NCBI GenBank assembly: GCA_051439605.1
Contig: JBFRWN010000044.1
Location: 1 to 64,000 of the forward strand
Source of the DNA: Synechococcus sp.
GTDB taxonomy: Bacteria > Cyanobacteriota > Cyanobacteriia > Thermostichales > PCC-7336
DNA length: 64,000 nt
Direction: 5' to 3'
Of this stretch, positions 40,835 to 51,275 are shown one piece after another (the stretch's first letter is position 1; each line of letters begins with the position of its first letter). The notes beneath the pieces were generated by a model. It did no database searches. It worked only from the letters and a program-made list of their open reading frames with translations, and had not been told where the DNA came from. Position numbers and translations under genes: made by a program.

Positions 40835-42472
40835 CTAGTTCTGGTTGTCGAACTCGTTCCACCAGTTGCGGATTTTCTCAGCTGCAATATCGCGACCACC
40901 CCAGCCAAAGGCAATGGCTACTGCAACCGCGATCGCCCCCAGGAATAGAGTGAATGCACGGATAACAATGCTTTCAGCAACGCCTATCTGCTGCAGTGCC
41001 ATCGCGGAAACCAGAATGATAATGGCGACTTTGGCCGCTTGACCCATGATGCGAGACTGACCGGTCCCGGCACTCGAGAGCAGGTTAGAAGCCAAGTTTG
41101 CCAGATACAAGCCAATCCCGAAAATAAACACACCGCTGAGAATACGGGCAAAGACCCTGAGGATGGAGCGGGCAATTTCAGTCACGTTCCCCAGCGCCAA
41201 CACCTCAGAAGCCACCACGGCGGCAAACAGCATAATCAGCACCAGCACGACAGTGCCAACCAATTCTGAGGGGGTACGCACTGGCAGAGATGACTCGCTC
41301 TCAGACTCCTCAGTGCTCTCGCCAGCAGGCAACGCAGAAGGAACCGCAGCAGACAACCCTAACCAGCTCAGAACGTTGTCAAAACCAAATCCGGTCAGCA
41401 GGCCACTAACAATCTCCGACAAAAAACGACCAATGACGAAAAAGACCACCAGCACCGCAGCCGCCGTAAATACCTGAGGCAGAACCGTCATGAACTGGTT
41501 CAACATGGCGATCGCCGGAGCAGAGATCGCTTCAATGGCCAGTTCTTCTAGGGCGGCGACGACAATCGGTACCAGAATCAGCACAAATGCCAGCAGACCT
41601 AACAGGTCTGACAGCTTGGTGCCTTCTTCCGTCTCGGGTAAGCCCACTTTGGCGCCGATGCTGTCAGCTCCTACAGATTTAAGGAAGTTGACCAGAATAT
41701 TTCGCACAACAGTGGCCACCAACCAGCCCACCCCCAGCACGACACCAGCCGTAATGATGTTAGGCAATGCCGCCAAGATGGTATCCAGCAAGTTCTGGAT
41801 AGGCAGCAATAGACCTTCGAGTTGCAGAACCCCCAAAATGGCCGGCAAGAACAACAGCCACACCAGCCAGTAGAGTGCAGTTCCCAACGTTTCGTTCAGA
41901 GGGAAAGGGGATACTCCCTCCTCACCCTGACTAGCCTCCGCCAGTTTGTCATCCAACTGCATCGGCACCAGAACCCTGACCAGCAAAAGCTTACAGCCAG
42001 TGGCTAACAGGAATGCTACCAGCGCTAAACCAACAGCCGACAGCAACTTAGGCAAGTAGTCGAAAATAACGGCGAGGAACTGATTCAGCGGGTCTGAAAC
42101 AGCAGTCAAGTTTAGGGCGCTGAAGAATCCCACCAAGGCGAAGATCATCACCGTCCAGAACACTAACAGAGCCGCCCATTTTTCAGTCGGTGGACGACTC
42201 TCTTGAGATTGGCCAGTGAAGTACGTGTACAGACGATTATCCCAGTCTGTTCTCTGCAGAATTTGCTTAATAGCGGTCGCAGCAATAGTTGCAACAAGCC
42301 AGCCACCAATCAGGATAAAAATTGCACCCACAAGGCTGGGTAAGAAACCTCCTAATTCTGCTCCTATTTTGTTAAAAAATTGTCCGAAAGCCCCCAGTTG
42401 TGCCAACAGCAAAGGGGGAGTTAGGTTGCTCGGCTCGAGCCCCATCGTAGATAATGGAAAATTGTCAATCAT
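40835..42472 (-). CDS. TM-helix repeat (CmpX-like / mechanosensitive channel-related) membrane protein
   Basis: Repeated 'LP.L..A..IL..GWLVA' TM modules and C-terminal AIAFGWGGRDIA. Confidence 0.85.
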   Translation of the reverse strand: MIDNFPLSTMGLEPSNLTPPLLLAQLGAFGQFFNKIGAELGGFLPSLVGAIFILIGGWLVATIAATAIKQILQRTDWDNRLYTYFTGQSQESRPPTEKWAALLVFWTVMIFALVGFFSALNLTAVSDPLNQFLAVIFDYLPKLLSAVGLALVAFLLATGCKLLLVRVLVPMQLDDKLAEASQGEEGVSPFPLNETLGTALYWLVWLLFLPAILGVLQLEGLLLPIQNLLDTILAALPNIITAGVVLGVGWLVATVVRNILVNFLKSVGADSIGAKVGLPETEEGTKLSDLLGLLAFVLILVPIVVAALEELAIEAISAPAIAMLNQFMTVLPQVFTAAAVLVVFFVIGRFLSEIVSGLLTGFGFDNVLSWLGLSAAVPSALPAGESTEESESESSLPVRTPSELVGTVVLVLIMLFAAVVASEVLALGNVTEIARSILRVFARILSGVFIFGIGLYLANLASNLLSSAGTGQSRIMGQAAKVAIIILVSAMALQQIGVAESIVIRAFTLFLGAIAVAVAIAFGWGGRDIAAEKIRNWWNEFDNQN

Positions 42473-42915
42473 AAGAAACTTGATTGAAGTACGACAGATT
42501 TGAGCGGTTTACTGTCTCCGCAAATGGTGAAACATGATTAGGTACGACAATAGCTGCACACAAAGTTCAATCGGCCTTAATCTGCAAGTTATTTAACATA
42601 AGTTCTATTGAGGTTTGAGGCCCGATAAAGTTGAGCTATAGGGAGGTAGCACCTACAAACAATGTCGCATTCTTCTTAATTGATGACCCCATCATCAATG
42701 AAATCATTCCAACTTCTGCATATTTCCGGAAATATTTCCAATTCGTTATTTTTTAAGCTTCAGCATAATAGCCATGGACATTGTTTTTAACAGAAAGCCT
42801 CTCTTTTGTGTTTTTTTGTTTCTATTCTGTGTTTATTTATTGAGTCCAAGATCGCTACTAAATGGGTCGCTATCCTAATAAGGATGCTTCCCCGAACCCT
42901 TAACGCTGAGGCGCT

Positions 42916-43815
42916 ATGTCATCATTTCCCGACCGCCCACAGCCGAACAGCATGCAAATGGAAGCAAAGCAGCCGCCGAAACGAATTTTGCTGTTTGATT
43001 CCACCCTTCGGGATGGGCTGGAAGGGCGCGGAAAAATACTGCCGCTCGAACGCAAACTCGAGCTAGCTCGGTACCTAGATCGAGCGGGGATCGACATTAT
43101 TGAAGCGGGCTCCTGTATCGGTAATCAAGCAGATCTAGCTGGTTTGACAGCAGTGGCCTCAGTGGTTTCCCAAACCACCGTATGTGGTTTAGCGGGGGCA
43201 AGTCCCCGAGACATCGAGCGAGTTTCGGCAGCACTGGCAGAGGGAAAAGCCCCCTTTCGGCTCAATACCTACACCCCCACGGATATAAAGGTTAGTAAAG
43301 AGAAGGACATCGAACGCCTCATCGAAGGCATCGGCGCCGCTGTACGTTGTGCCAAGGAATTCACGGACGATGTGCAATGGACGGCGATGAATGCAACCAA
43401 TAGCCAGTTGGACATCGTTGCTCGAGCAGTAGAAGCTGCGGTCATTAATGGTGCCACAACGGTTTGTATTGCAGATACCCAGGGGAATTCTGCCCCCCAT
43501 GAATTTGCCACCTTGCTATCGCAGCTTGTCGATCGCGTCCCTCTGCAGAATGTCGTATTGGCGGTTCATTGCCACAACCACAGTGGCTGGGCGGTGGAGA
43601 ATGCTTTAGCGGCGCTGCATGCAGGAGCTAGACAGGTGGAGGGCACGTTGGAGGGGATTGGCCCTGCAGGTGGCAACACCGATTTAGAAAAATTGGTGAT
43701 GGCGGTGCATGCGGATGGGGCATGCCAAGGGCTGGAATTGGATGTGGACTTCACCCTGCTAGAGGCAGCCTCCCAAGCAGCACTGAAGTATCTGCCCTCC
43801 CCTACCCGTCCATGA
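42916..43815 (+). CDS. DRE-TIM metallolyase (LeuA/HMGL-like), catalytic barrel only
   Basis: FDSTLRDG, GIDIIEAG, GATTVCIADTQG, VHCHN..G.AV.N.LAA..AGARQVEGT..GIG...GNT.LE. Confidence 0.8.
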   Translation: MSSFPDRPQPNSMQMEAKQPPKRILLFDSTLRDGLEGRGKILPLERKLELARYLDRAGIDIIEAGSCIGNQADLAGLTAVASVVSQTTVCGLAGASPRDIERVSAALAEGKAPFRLNTYTPTDIKVSKEKDIERLIEGIGAAVRCAKEFTDDVQWTAMNATNSQLDIVARAVEAAVINGATTVCIADTQGNSAPHEFATLLSQLVDRVPLQNVVLAVHCHNHSGWAVENALAALHAGARQVEGTLEGIGPAGGNTDLEKLVMAVHADGACQGLELDVDFTLLEAASQAALKYLPSPTRP

Positions 43816-43824
43816 AAATGAAAG

Positions 43825-44316
43825 ATGTCAGCTCCCTCCATTTGCTACTCGCCGTTAAGCCTGCAGCATTTAGATGCACTAGTGCATTTGGTGTCTCTAT
43901 GTTTGGGGTCTTGGACACGCGCGGGGTTGGAAGTAGAGCTAACCCGCCCCCCTCGGGATCTCAATGACCCCGATCGCCCCAGTTCCACCGTGATAGGGGC
44001 TTGGGAGGGTCGCCTAGAAGAGTCATTGATTGGATTCGCAGCGCTGTGGGCCATTGGACAAGAGGCCCATATCATCGCTTTGGGGGTGCATCCCGACTGG
44101 CGACGGCAGGGGATTGGGGAGCATCTGGTGCAACGGTTACTTGACGAAGCCAAAACTCAACACCTCAATTGGGCCACATTAGAGGTGAGAGAGTCTAACC
44201 AAGCGGCGATCGCCCTCTATCAATCCCAAGGGTTCGAAACCGTGGGGAAACGGAAGCGCTACTACAGCAATCCTGAGGAAGATGGGCTGATTTTGTGGAA
44301 ACGTCTTGAAGGCTAG
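43825..44316 (+). CDS. rimI: RimI-like GNAT N-acetyltransferase
   Basis: EAHI..LGVHPDWRRQGIG, ATLEVRESN.AAI.LY...GF...G.RKRYY..P.EDG.ILW. Confidence 0.88.
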   Translation: MSAPSICYSPLSLQHLDALVHLVSLCLGSWTRAGLEVELTRPPRDLNDPDRPSSTVIGAWEGRLEESLIGFAALWAIGQEAHIIALGVHPDWRRQGIGEHLVQRLLDEAKTQHLNWATLEVRESNQAAIALYQSQGFETVGKRKRYYSNPEEDGLILWKRLEG

Positions 44317-45515
44317 GGAGATTGAGATACAAAGCTTTGGCGCAATGCTTTGACCGTTTCCACAATGCATTGGCCAATGATGTCAATCTCTTCCGCAGTG
44401 GTGCCCCGCCCCAACCCAAATCGGAGCGATGATTTTGCCAGTGCCGATGATCGCCCCAAAGCCGTTAGCACGTGGGATGGTTTTGGATTTGCAGAGCTAC
44501 AGGCCGAACCGGTTGAGAGCGCAACCGTATTGCGAATGCCCAACATCAAGGCGGCACCATCCACCCCGGCAAAACTTACATTGAGATTGCCGGCCAAGCG
44601 CTGGTCTAAATCTCCATTTAGATAGAGACCGTCGAGCTCATCCGTCAAAAGAGTCCACAGGCGATCGCGCAGGTTGCTAAGCCGCTGATTTTCCTCATCC
44701 ATCCGTTGCAATCCCAGCTCCACTGCTTTGGCAAATCCCACAATCGATGGGGGATTCAGGGTCCCAGAGCGAAGACCCCGCTCCTGCCCCCCCCCATGCA
44801 GCTGAGGGGCGATCGCAATCGGAGGTCGACGGCGAACGAACAAGCCTCCCACCCCTTTAGGACCGTAGAGTTTGTGTGCGGTCAACGATACTAAATCTAA
44901 CCCCAATCGATTCACATCCAACGGGCACTTCCCGAGCGCCTGAGCTGCGTCAGTATGAAGGGGGATTTTACGGCTAAATTCCTGTTGCTTTACTTTTAAT
45001 AGAGTCCCAATTTGCTCCAGCGGTTGCAGAACTCCAATTTCGTTATTGGCCGCCATGACCGACACCAGAATGGTGTCCGCCCGCAAAGCCCTTTCCAATT
45101 CTGCCAAGTTCAACAAACCATTTTGCAGAACGGGTAGAGTGGTAACCTCAAACCCCAATGACTCTAAATAGTGGCAAGGGTCTAGAACCGCATTGTGCTC
45201 GGTCCCCACTGTCACGATATGCCGCCCCACGTGCAAAGAGGTTTCCGCCACCCCTTTAATTGCTAGGTTGTTGGCCTCAGTTGCTCCACTTGTAAAAATA
45301 ATTTCATTTGGTAAGGCACCAATGGCAGTCGCAATCGTGGTCCTTGCCTGGTCAACTGCCGCTTGGGCTGTCCATCCATAGATATGAGATGAACTGGATG
45401 GATTCCCAAAGCGATCGCCAAAGTAAGGTAGCATCGCCTCCAACACTAACGGGTCAACAGGCGTGGTTGCGTTGTAGTCACAGTAGATTGGCAACTGCGG
45501 GTCAGCCATAGCCAC
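44313..45515 (-). CDS. iscS: Cysteine desulfurase (IscS/NifS group I)
   Basis: DYNATTP, FTSGATEANN, EHNAV, HTDAAQ, AHKLYGPKG, RSGT, STGSACSS. Confidence 0.93.
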   Translation of the reverse strand: MAMADPQLPIYCDYNATTPVDPLVLEAMLPYFGDRFGNPSSSSHIYGWTAQAAVDQARTTIATAIGALPNEIIFTSGATEANNLAIKGVAETSLHVGRHIVTVGTEHNAVLDPCHYLESLGFEVTTLPVLQNGLLNLAELERALRADTILVSVMAANNEIGVLQPLEQIGTLLKVKQQEFSRKIPLHTDAAQALGKCPLDVNRLGLDLVSLTAHKLYGPKGVGGLFVRRRPPIAIAPQLHGGGQERGLRSGTLNPPSIVGFAKAVELGLQRMDEENQRLSNLRDRLWTLLTDELDGLYLNGDLDQRLAGNLNVSFAGVDGAALMLGIRNTVALSTGSACSSANPKPSHVLTALGRSSALAKSSLRFGLGRGTTAEEIDIIGQCIVETVKALRQSFVSQSP

Positions 45516-45813
45516 AGGGAGGATTGCAACAGTCTCCTCCCAATCTAATCAACATTCGAACCCGATAGAGCGAGCGATGGTGAATTGGCAGTTTCCTGCC
45601 GAAAAAATGTCGATGTTGAGCGTATATGTCAGCATCGACTTTATCACCTGTAGTATTGCAAAACTGTTCGGTCATTAATGAGAGGTGCGCCCAAAAAAAC
45701 GAGGGTTAGAGTGGCTGCAGGCAGGTACACTATCGATCTGCGGATAAGATATTCTGTCCCATAGAAAAATTCTGCTTCATCAGTTGTAACGCCGTCATAT
45801 TGACGAGATCGCA

Positions 45814-47025
45814 TTGCTGGATTTGAATTCCTTACCCCTATCTCTGCAATCATTGCTCGAATTCTTTAGCACATTCGAACACATTGAATTCCTCCTTGCG
45901 AGCCTATCCCTGATCGGATTAGCCGGCCTCTCCTGGAAGCTGTTTTTTGCCCTGACTTCAGCTCCCCACCTATCTTTTAGCTGGTCACCCGTCACCGCTA
46001 CCGGCACAACCGTTGCCGTGATAGTGCCGGCCTTCAACGAAGAAGCTAATGTCGTCACATGTTTGGCATCAATCCTTGACAGCACCTCCTTGCCCATTCA
46101 GGTCTATCTGGCCGACGATTGCTCCACTGACGCAACGCTACAACTGGCTCAGCGGTTCCAGACTCAAAGGGGTGACGATCGCCTGCATATCATTCAGGTC
46201 CCTTCTCGTCCTCAAAACGAACGCTGGGTCGGAAAGAATTGGGCTTGCCACTACACTACTCGACAGCTCGAAGTAGACTATTTCCTTTTTCTAGATTGCG
46301 ATGCCACGTTAGAACCCAACGCCATTGAGGCGGCAGTATCCCTGATCCAAACTAAACAAGTGGGATTATTGACCATTGCCCCAGAGATTATCTGTGGATG
46401 TATGGCTGAATGGCTTGTACAGCCCGTTTTGATGCCAGCGATGGCAGGTTGGTTTAGTCCGCAGGCGGTGAATGACTCGGCCTGCACAGAGTCCTTTGCC
46501 GCAGGACCGTTCATGTTATTCGATTCCACTACTTATCGTGCCATTGGTGGTCACGAGCGGGTGAAAAGTTGTGTCGTAGAAGATTTAGAGCTGGCTCGCA
46601 GGATTAAAGAACAACAATTGGGACTGCACTTCACCTACAGTGGCAGTCTGGTCAAAGTTCGCATGTATCGTGACTTTGCTCAACTGTGGGAAGGGTGGAC
46701 AAAAAATGCTTTTCAATCCATGGATCGCAACTGGTGGCTGTTAGGTTTTGCCGTCGCGACACTTCTAGGAATGTACGTGTTTCCCTGGCTGAGTGGAGTT
46801 TTAGGCCTGCTGACGGACAACCATTGGCTGCTAGGGATGGGAGTGGCCGGCGTGACATTCCATTTGCTGCTGAGAGGGATGCTGTTGCGGTGGGCCAATT
46901 TGCCCCTGAAGTTTTGGTGGCTGTCGGGGGTAGGGGGATTCTTGACAGCGGTCATCTTTCTATCGTCAGCCTATCGCACCATAACCGGACGCGGCTGGAC
47001 TTGGAAAGGGCGGCAGCTGCAATAG
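45814..47025 (+). CDS. GT2 glycosyltransferase, CruG/CrtQ-like (possible carotenoid glycosyltransferase)
   Basis: VIVPAFNEE, DDCSTD.T, W.GKNWAC, FLDCD, GPFMLF...Y..IGGH, VVEDLELAR, RMY....LWEGWTKN, C-terminal WKGR. Confidence 0.82.
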   Translation: MLDLNSLPLSLQSLLEFFSTFEHIEFLLASLSLIGLAGLSWKLFFALTSAPHLSFSWSPVTATGTTVAVIVPAFNEEANVVTCLASILDSTSLPIQVYLADDCSTDATLQLAQRFQTQRGDDRLHIIQVPSRPQNERWVGKNWACHYTTRQLEVDYFLFLDCDATLEPNAIEAAVSLIQTKQVGLLTIAPEIICGCMAEWLVQPVLMPAMAGWFSPQAVNDSACTESFAAGPFMLFDSTTYRAIGGHERVKSCVVEDLELARRIKEQQLGLHFTYSGSLVKVRMYRDFAQLWEGWTKNAFQSMDRNWWLLGFAVATLLGMYVFPWLSGVLGLLTDNHWLLGMGVAGVTFHLLLRGMLLRWANLPLKFWWLSGVGGFLTAVIFLSSAYRTITGRGWTWKGRQLQ

Positions 47026-47653
47026 CCGCCTCTTCCTCAAATACCCTTGACTTACCATATTCTCCGGAGGCTATCGCGATCGCAGCAGATGGTATTGGCC
47101 TCCCATTCAATAAATTGACGATCGTTCATGTTGGCATGCAGGGTAGCTTAATGTTTTGAGTTGTTTTTTTTTTAGATGCTGATGTCAAATGTAGCTTCTA
47201 TCAAATGCTGAAATTGGTTCACCATAGATTGATGGATTTGAACGTGCCGTACGGCCATCCGTTTCAAACTCAGGGTCGATCTGTTCAGTGAATTGCCGAG
47301 TGATGATCAAGTCCAGGGTCTACAGCGCGATGCACGTCTTAGTTTTCCAGGCAACCGCAGTGGGAACCGATCGAGCTAGTTGGAGCGAAGTCATTCATTT
47401 GACGAAATCAGATTATAAGTTGAACGAAACCCTGGAATGGATTGTTTAAGAGCGATCTATGGCATGCTTGTTATAATCTTCCGGAGTATATTTTGAAGAG
47501 TCAGTCGGTGTTTTTTCTTACATCAATCCGCTTTATTGGATTGTTGTTTTCTCGATTGGCATTCACTCCTAGCCTCTATCAAAGCTAAACCGCCAGTGTT
47601 TATTAACTGGTTGCTAAGAGGGCTACATCCCAACCTTCCACTGTGTGAGAGTT

Positions 47654-49555
47654 ATGAATCAAAACAGGACGCATCGACATTTGCTTGCGGCAGCAGTCAT
47701 GGTAGCGGGACTGAGCGTGTATGTTGCACCTGTGGGAGCTGCCCCCGATCTCCACGCACAGGCTGGCCCGACTCCTGATGGCCTTGATACTGCAGAGCCA
47801 AGCCAGAATCCTGCTGAAGCGGCTGAACCTATTGTCGAACAATCTGCAACAGAACCTGCAGCTAGCGAAGAAGACGGTGGCCGTTCCGGCGAACCTGAAG
47901 TGCTGGTGGCTGAGGTTCTTGTTACTGGAACGGATAACCCCGATCTCATTCAAGAAATCTATGAAGCGATTGCAACTCAGGCAGGACAGACCACAACGCG
48001 ATCGCAGTTGGAGGTAGATATTAATCAGGTGTTTTCCACCGGGTATTTTTCCGATGTGGAAGCAGTGCCCTCGGATACGGCATTAGGGGTTAGGGTCACT
48101 TACGAAGTCAGACCCAACCCTGTTTTGCGCTCTGTTTCTGCCGAAAACACGAGCGTATTGCCGGATGAGGTCCTGGAAGAAATCTTTACTCCTCAGCAGG
48201 ATCGAGTCCTCAACTTAGGCGATCTGCAAAATGGTGTGGCCCGGGTTGAAGACTGGTATGCCGAGAACGGCTATGTCTTGGCTAGCGTCACGGATGTGCG
48301 TTCCAGCCCCAACGGGGATGTTGTACTGGAAGTTGCCGAAGGGGTGATTGAAGATATCCGCGTTGAAGGCAATAGCAAGACCCGCGATTTCATCGTTACC
48401 CGAGAGATGGAACTGGAACCTGGAGCTGTATTCAACCGCGATATCGTTCAAGGCGATTTGCAGAAAGTATTCGATCTGAACTTGTTTCAGGACGTCAATT
48501 TATCTTTAGGACCTGGCGAAAATCCAGATAACGTCATTGCTACTATTAACGTCGAAGAGCGCAATACGGGGTCCCTTTCTGCTGGTGGTGGGGTAAGTTC
48601 TGGCGCTGGTGTCTTTGGTACGGTCAGCCTCTCCCAGAACAATTTGGGAGGAAACAACCAAACCGTTGGACTCGATGTACAGGTGGGTACGGAAGAGCTT
48701 CTGTTTGATGTCGGCTTTACCGACCCTCGAATTGCCCATTGGGAAACCCCCACTTCCCTCAATGCCAATGCATTTAATCGCATTTCCAGCGATCGGGTTT
48801 ATGACGACGACCAAGACGTCGTACGCTTAGGAACCAACGTTACACTAGCTCGCCCAGTCATTAATGAAAATTGGCGGGCCAGCCTCGGAGTACAACAGCA
48901 GTTCGTGAGTATCAACGACCGCGATGACGATGAACCCCTCACCCTAGATGGCGACACCAATACGTTATCTGGCGTTCGTTTTGGTATGGTTCGCGATAAG
49001 CGAGACAACCCGATCCTGCCTAGCCGAGGCAACGTTTTTCGCATCTCTACCGATCAATCAGTCGCAGCGTTGTTTGATGATGGGCTCACCCGCAACAAAG
49101 CAGAGGTGAGCTACAGCCACTACATTCCGGTTGATTTCGTCAAATTCGAGGGAGATTCTCCCGAAGTTTTAGCTTTCGATGTCAGAACGGGGTCTATCTT
49201 TGGCGATACTGCACCGTTTGACTCTTTTCTCTTGGGTGGGGCTAACACTATTCGCGGATTTGATGAAGGTCGAGTGGGTACTAGCCAGAGTTTTGGAATG
49301 GCTACAGCTGAATACCGCTTTCCTCTCTACAAGTTCATCGGTGGGACTTTGTTTGCTGACTACGGTAGCGATCTTGGAACTGCAGGCGAGGTCTTCGGCA
49401 ACCCAACCAGCGCACAGGATCTATTGGGCAGTGCGTATGGCGTGGGTGCCGGTTTGCGAATTCAGTCACCCATTGGTGCTGTAAGAGTGGACTACGGTCT
49501 CGGCCAAGGGGAGGATAGCGGACGCCTCCACTTTGGATTTGGCGAAAAGTTCTAA
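47654..49555 (+). CDS. Omp85/BamA-family outer membrane protein
   Basis: Signal peptide and Pro/Glu-rich linker, POTRA motifs (TGYFSDV, WY..NGY, KTRDFIVTRE), LGGANTIRGF, SPIGAVRVDYG, C-terminal FGFGEKF. Confidence 0.93.
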   Translation: MNQNRTHRHLLAAAVMVAGLSVYVAPVGAAPDLHAQAGPTPDGLDTAEPSQNPAEAAEPIVEQSATEPAASEEDGGRSGEPEVLVAEVLVTGTDNPDLIQEIYEAIATQAGQTTTRSQLEVDINQVFSTGYFSDVEAVPSDTALGVRVTYEVRPNPVLRSVSAENTSVLPDEVLEEIFTPQQDRVLNLGDLQNGVARVEDWYAENGYVLASVTDVRSSPNGDVVLEVAEGVIEDIRVEGNSKTRDFIVTREMELEPGAVFNRDIVQGDLQKVFDLNLFQDVNLSLGPGENPDNVIATINVEERNTGSLSAGGGVSSGAGVFGTVSLSQNNLGGNNQTVGLDVQVGTEELLFDVGFTDPRIAHWETPTSLNANAFNRISSDRVYDDDQDVVRLGTNVTLARPVINENWRASLGVQQQFVSINDRDDDEPLTLDGDTNTLSGVRFGMVRDKRDNPILPSRGNVFRISTDQSVAALFDDGLTRNKAEVSYSHYIPVDFVKFEGDSPEVLAFDVRTGSIFGDTAPFDSFLLGGANTIRGFDEGRVGTSQSFGMATAEYRFPLYKFIGGTLFADYGSDLGTAGEVFGNPTSAQDLLGSAYGVGAGLRIQSPIGAVRVDYGLGQGEDSGRLHFGFGEKF

Positions 49556-49674
49556 ATCCAACTATGGCTTTTACCGAGTCAATAGCGAGTTCTTGTCACT
49601 GGCAAGAGAATGGGGCGAGCCAGCTTACTTGCCCCAGATGCTGGAAAACATGTTTCGTAAACAAACGCATGCAA

Positions 49675-49710
49675 AAACAAACCGCCCTCAAATCTGAAGG
49701 CGGTTTGTTT
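49675..49710. terminator. Bidirectional terminator between omp85 and tRNA-Leu
   Basis: AAACAAACCGCC-N12-GGCGGTTTGTTT, a 12-bp inverted repeat between convergent genes. Confidence 0.75.
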
Positions 49711-49764
49711 GATGCTCTGGGATAATTATCTTCCTAGCTCAAACCGAAAGATAAGATGAATGGA

Positions 49765-49848
49765 TGCGGAACCCGGGACTTGAACCCGGAAGTCCTTGCG
49801 AACACTAGAACCTGAATCTAGCGCGTCTACCAATTCCGCCAGTTCCGC
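49765..49848 (-). tRNA. trnL: tRNA-Leu(CAG)
   Basis: Reverse complement GCGGAACTGGCGGAATTGGTAGACGCGCTAGATTCAGGTTCTAGTGTTCGCAAGGACTTCCGGGTTCAAGTCCCGGGTTCCGCA: long variable arm, anticodon CAG. Confidence 0.97.
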
Positions 49849-49959
49849 TAACGCTTTTCAAAGATGCCGGATTGAGCTTACGCCTGTCAAGCGTCTTGAA
49901 GAAAAAATAAGCCGCCAAGCGTCGAGCCATCGATCCTTACCAGCGGTGCAATTCTCTGC

Positions 49960-51012
49960 TTATTCCAACCCTTGATATCGCCAAGGGACGGGGTCGACCG
50001 CAATGGTGTGCACGTAAAGTCCCCAGTGAAGGTGAGGCCCCGTGCTCGCTCCACTGGTACCGATAGTGCCAATTTTTTGTCCTGCCGATATTGCTTGCCC
50101 TTCTGTCACATCGATGCTGTTGAGGTGGAGGAAAATACTGACTACCCCTTGTCCGTGATCGATTCCGACAGTATTGCCATGGATGTTGAATCCCTCAGAC
50201 TCTAGACCAACTAGGGCAATGGTTCCGGCTGCAGGAGCCACAATCGGGGCTCCTAAGGGGGCTGCATAGTCTACCCCCCGATGGTAGTAGTTGTTGGCAA
50301 AAACGCCATTATAGTAGCGTCTAACTCCATAAATGGAGCTCACCCGACCGGAACTAGGTCTCAGGAATAGGCCATTCCAATGGCGGGCTGGGGTCGTGAC
50401 GGCTTTGAAGCTGGTTACGGCATCGATCTCCTTCTGGGTTGCCTGTAGCCCTCCGCTATGAACGGTAATGGATTGTGTCGGAAATTGCCGATCACGCAGC
50501 GTGACAGGAAGTGTTTGCCGCATTTCCCCTACCTGCACCGTAATTGTGTGGGAGCCTGGTGTATCAAGGGGGGAAGAAGGAATGAGTGCACGATAGATAT
50601 AGGGGCCATGACTACTAGTGCTGGAAATGGCAAAGGCAGGATATTGACGATCGCCCATGGAGACGATCGGTTGGGACTCTGAGCTGATTACGGGTATGCG
50701 GACGGTGAGGGTTTCCCCCAACTGGATGGACTGGGGGGATACGGTGGCTGCTAGGGGAGTAGCTGTGTGCGTTTGAGAGAGAGAAACAGGTGGTTCCAGC
50801 TCTTTCAAGTTAACTGCTTGTTTAAAGGCGAATGTTTCTTTGGAAACTGTTGGATTGGAGAGTCGCGATAAGGTGGTTGAATCAGGTTGCAAGAGATGAA
50901 GAAAGTGGGAAATGCGATCGGGTGGAGGTATGAAAGAGAGAGTGCCTAGAGAGATTGCTAAGCTGCTGGCGATCGCGCCTGCCACCCTCAACCTTAAACA
51001 GAGATTACGCAT
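49960..51012 (-). CDS. M23 family metallopeptidase
   Basis: HRGVDY (HxxxD), IDHGQG..S.FLHL, STGPHLHW (HxH), VDP; N-terminal hydrophobic segment. Confidence 0.92.
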   Translation of the reverse strand: MRNLCLRLRVAGAIASSLAISLGTLSFIPPPDRISHFLHLLQPDSTTLSRLSNPTVSKETFAFKQAVNLKELEPPVSLSQTHTATPLAATVSPQSIQLGETLTVRIPVISSESQPIVSMGDRQYPAFAISSTSSHGPYIYRALIPSSPLDTPGSHTITVQVGEMRQTLPVTLRDRQFPTQSITVHSGGLQATQKEIDAVTSFKAVTTPARHWNGLFLRPSSGRVSSIYGVRRYYNGVFANNYYHRGVDYAAPLGAPIVAPAAGTIALVGLESEGFNIHGNTVGIDHGQGVVSIFLHLNSIDVTEGQAISAGQKIGTIGTSGASTGPHLHWGLYVHTIAVDPVPWRYQGLE

Positions 51013-51275
51013 CTTGAGTTACCCTCCCGCCTCGCGATTGTTGTGTGGTTTGCCGACGGAACAATCACAACTGTATCCAAGACATGGAGAGATGCGCTGG
51101 GGCGACCCCAGTCCAAGAATTGCTATTTGAAGAATACTGCTCTTCCAATCACGCACAACGGGGAACTTAGTCTTCTGTCGCATGATGGTTAATAATTATA
51201 AGAAAGTTAACAGCTAAGGGTGTCCTTGGCTGTTGTCTAGATACAAATTGGTCACTTGCTAATCATCGTCTTCGT

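Noticed and set aside
51188..51213. AT-rich TTAA repeats upstream of sasA as an HLR1 site
   Set aside because: Half-site spacing is 9 or 11 rather than 10, so it cannot be told apart from ordinary promoter AT-richness.
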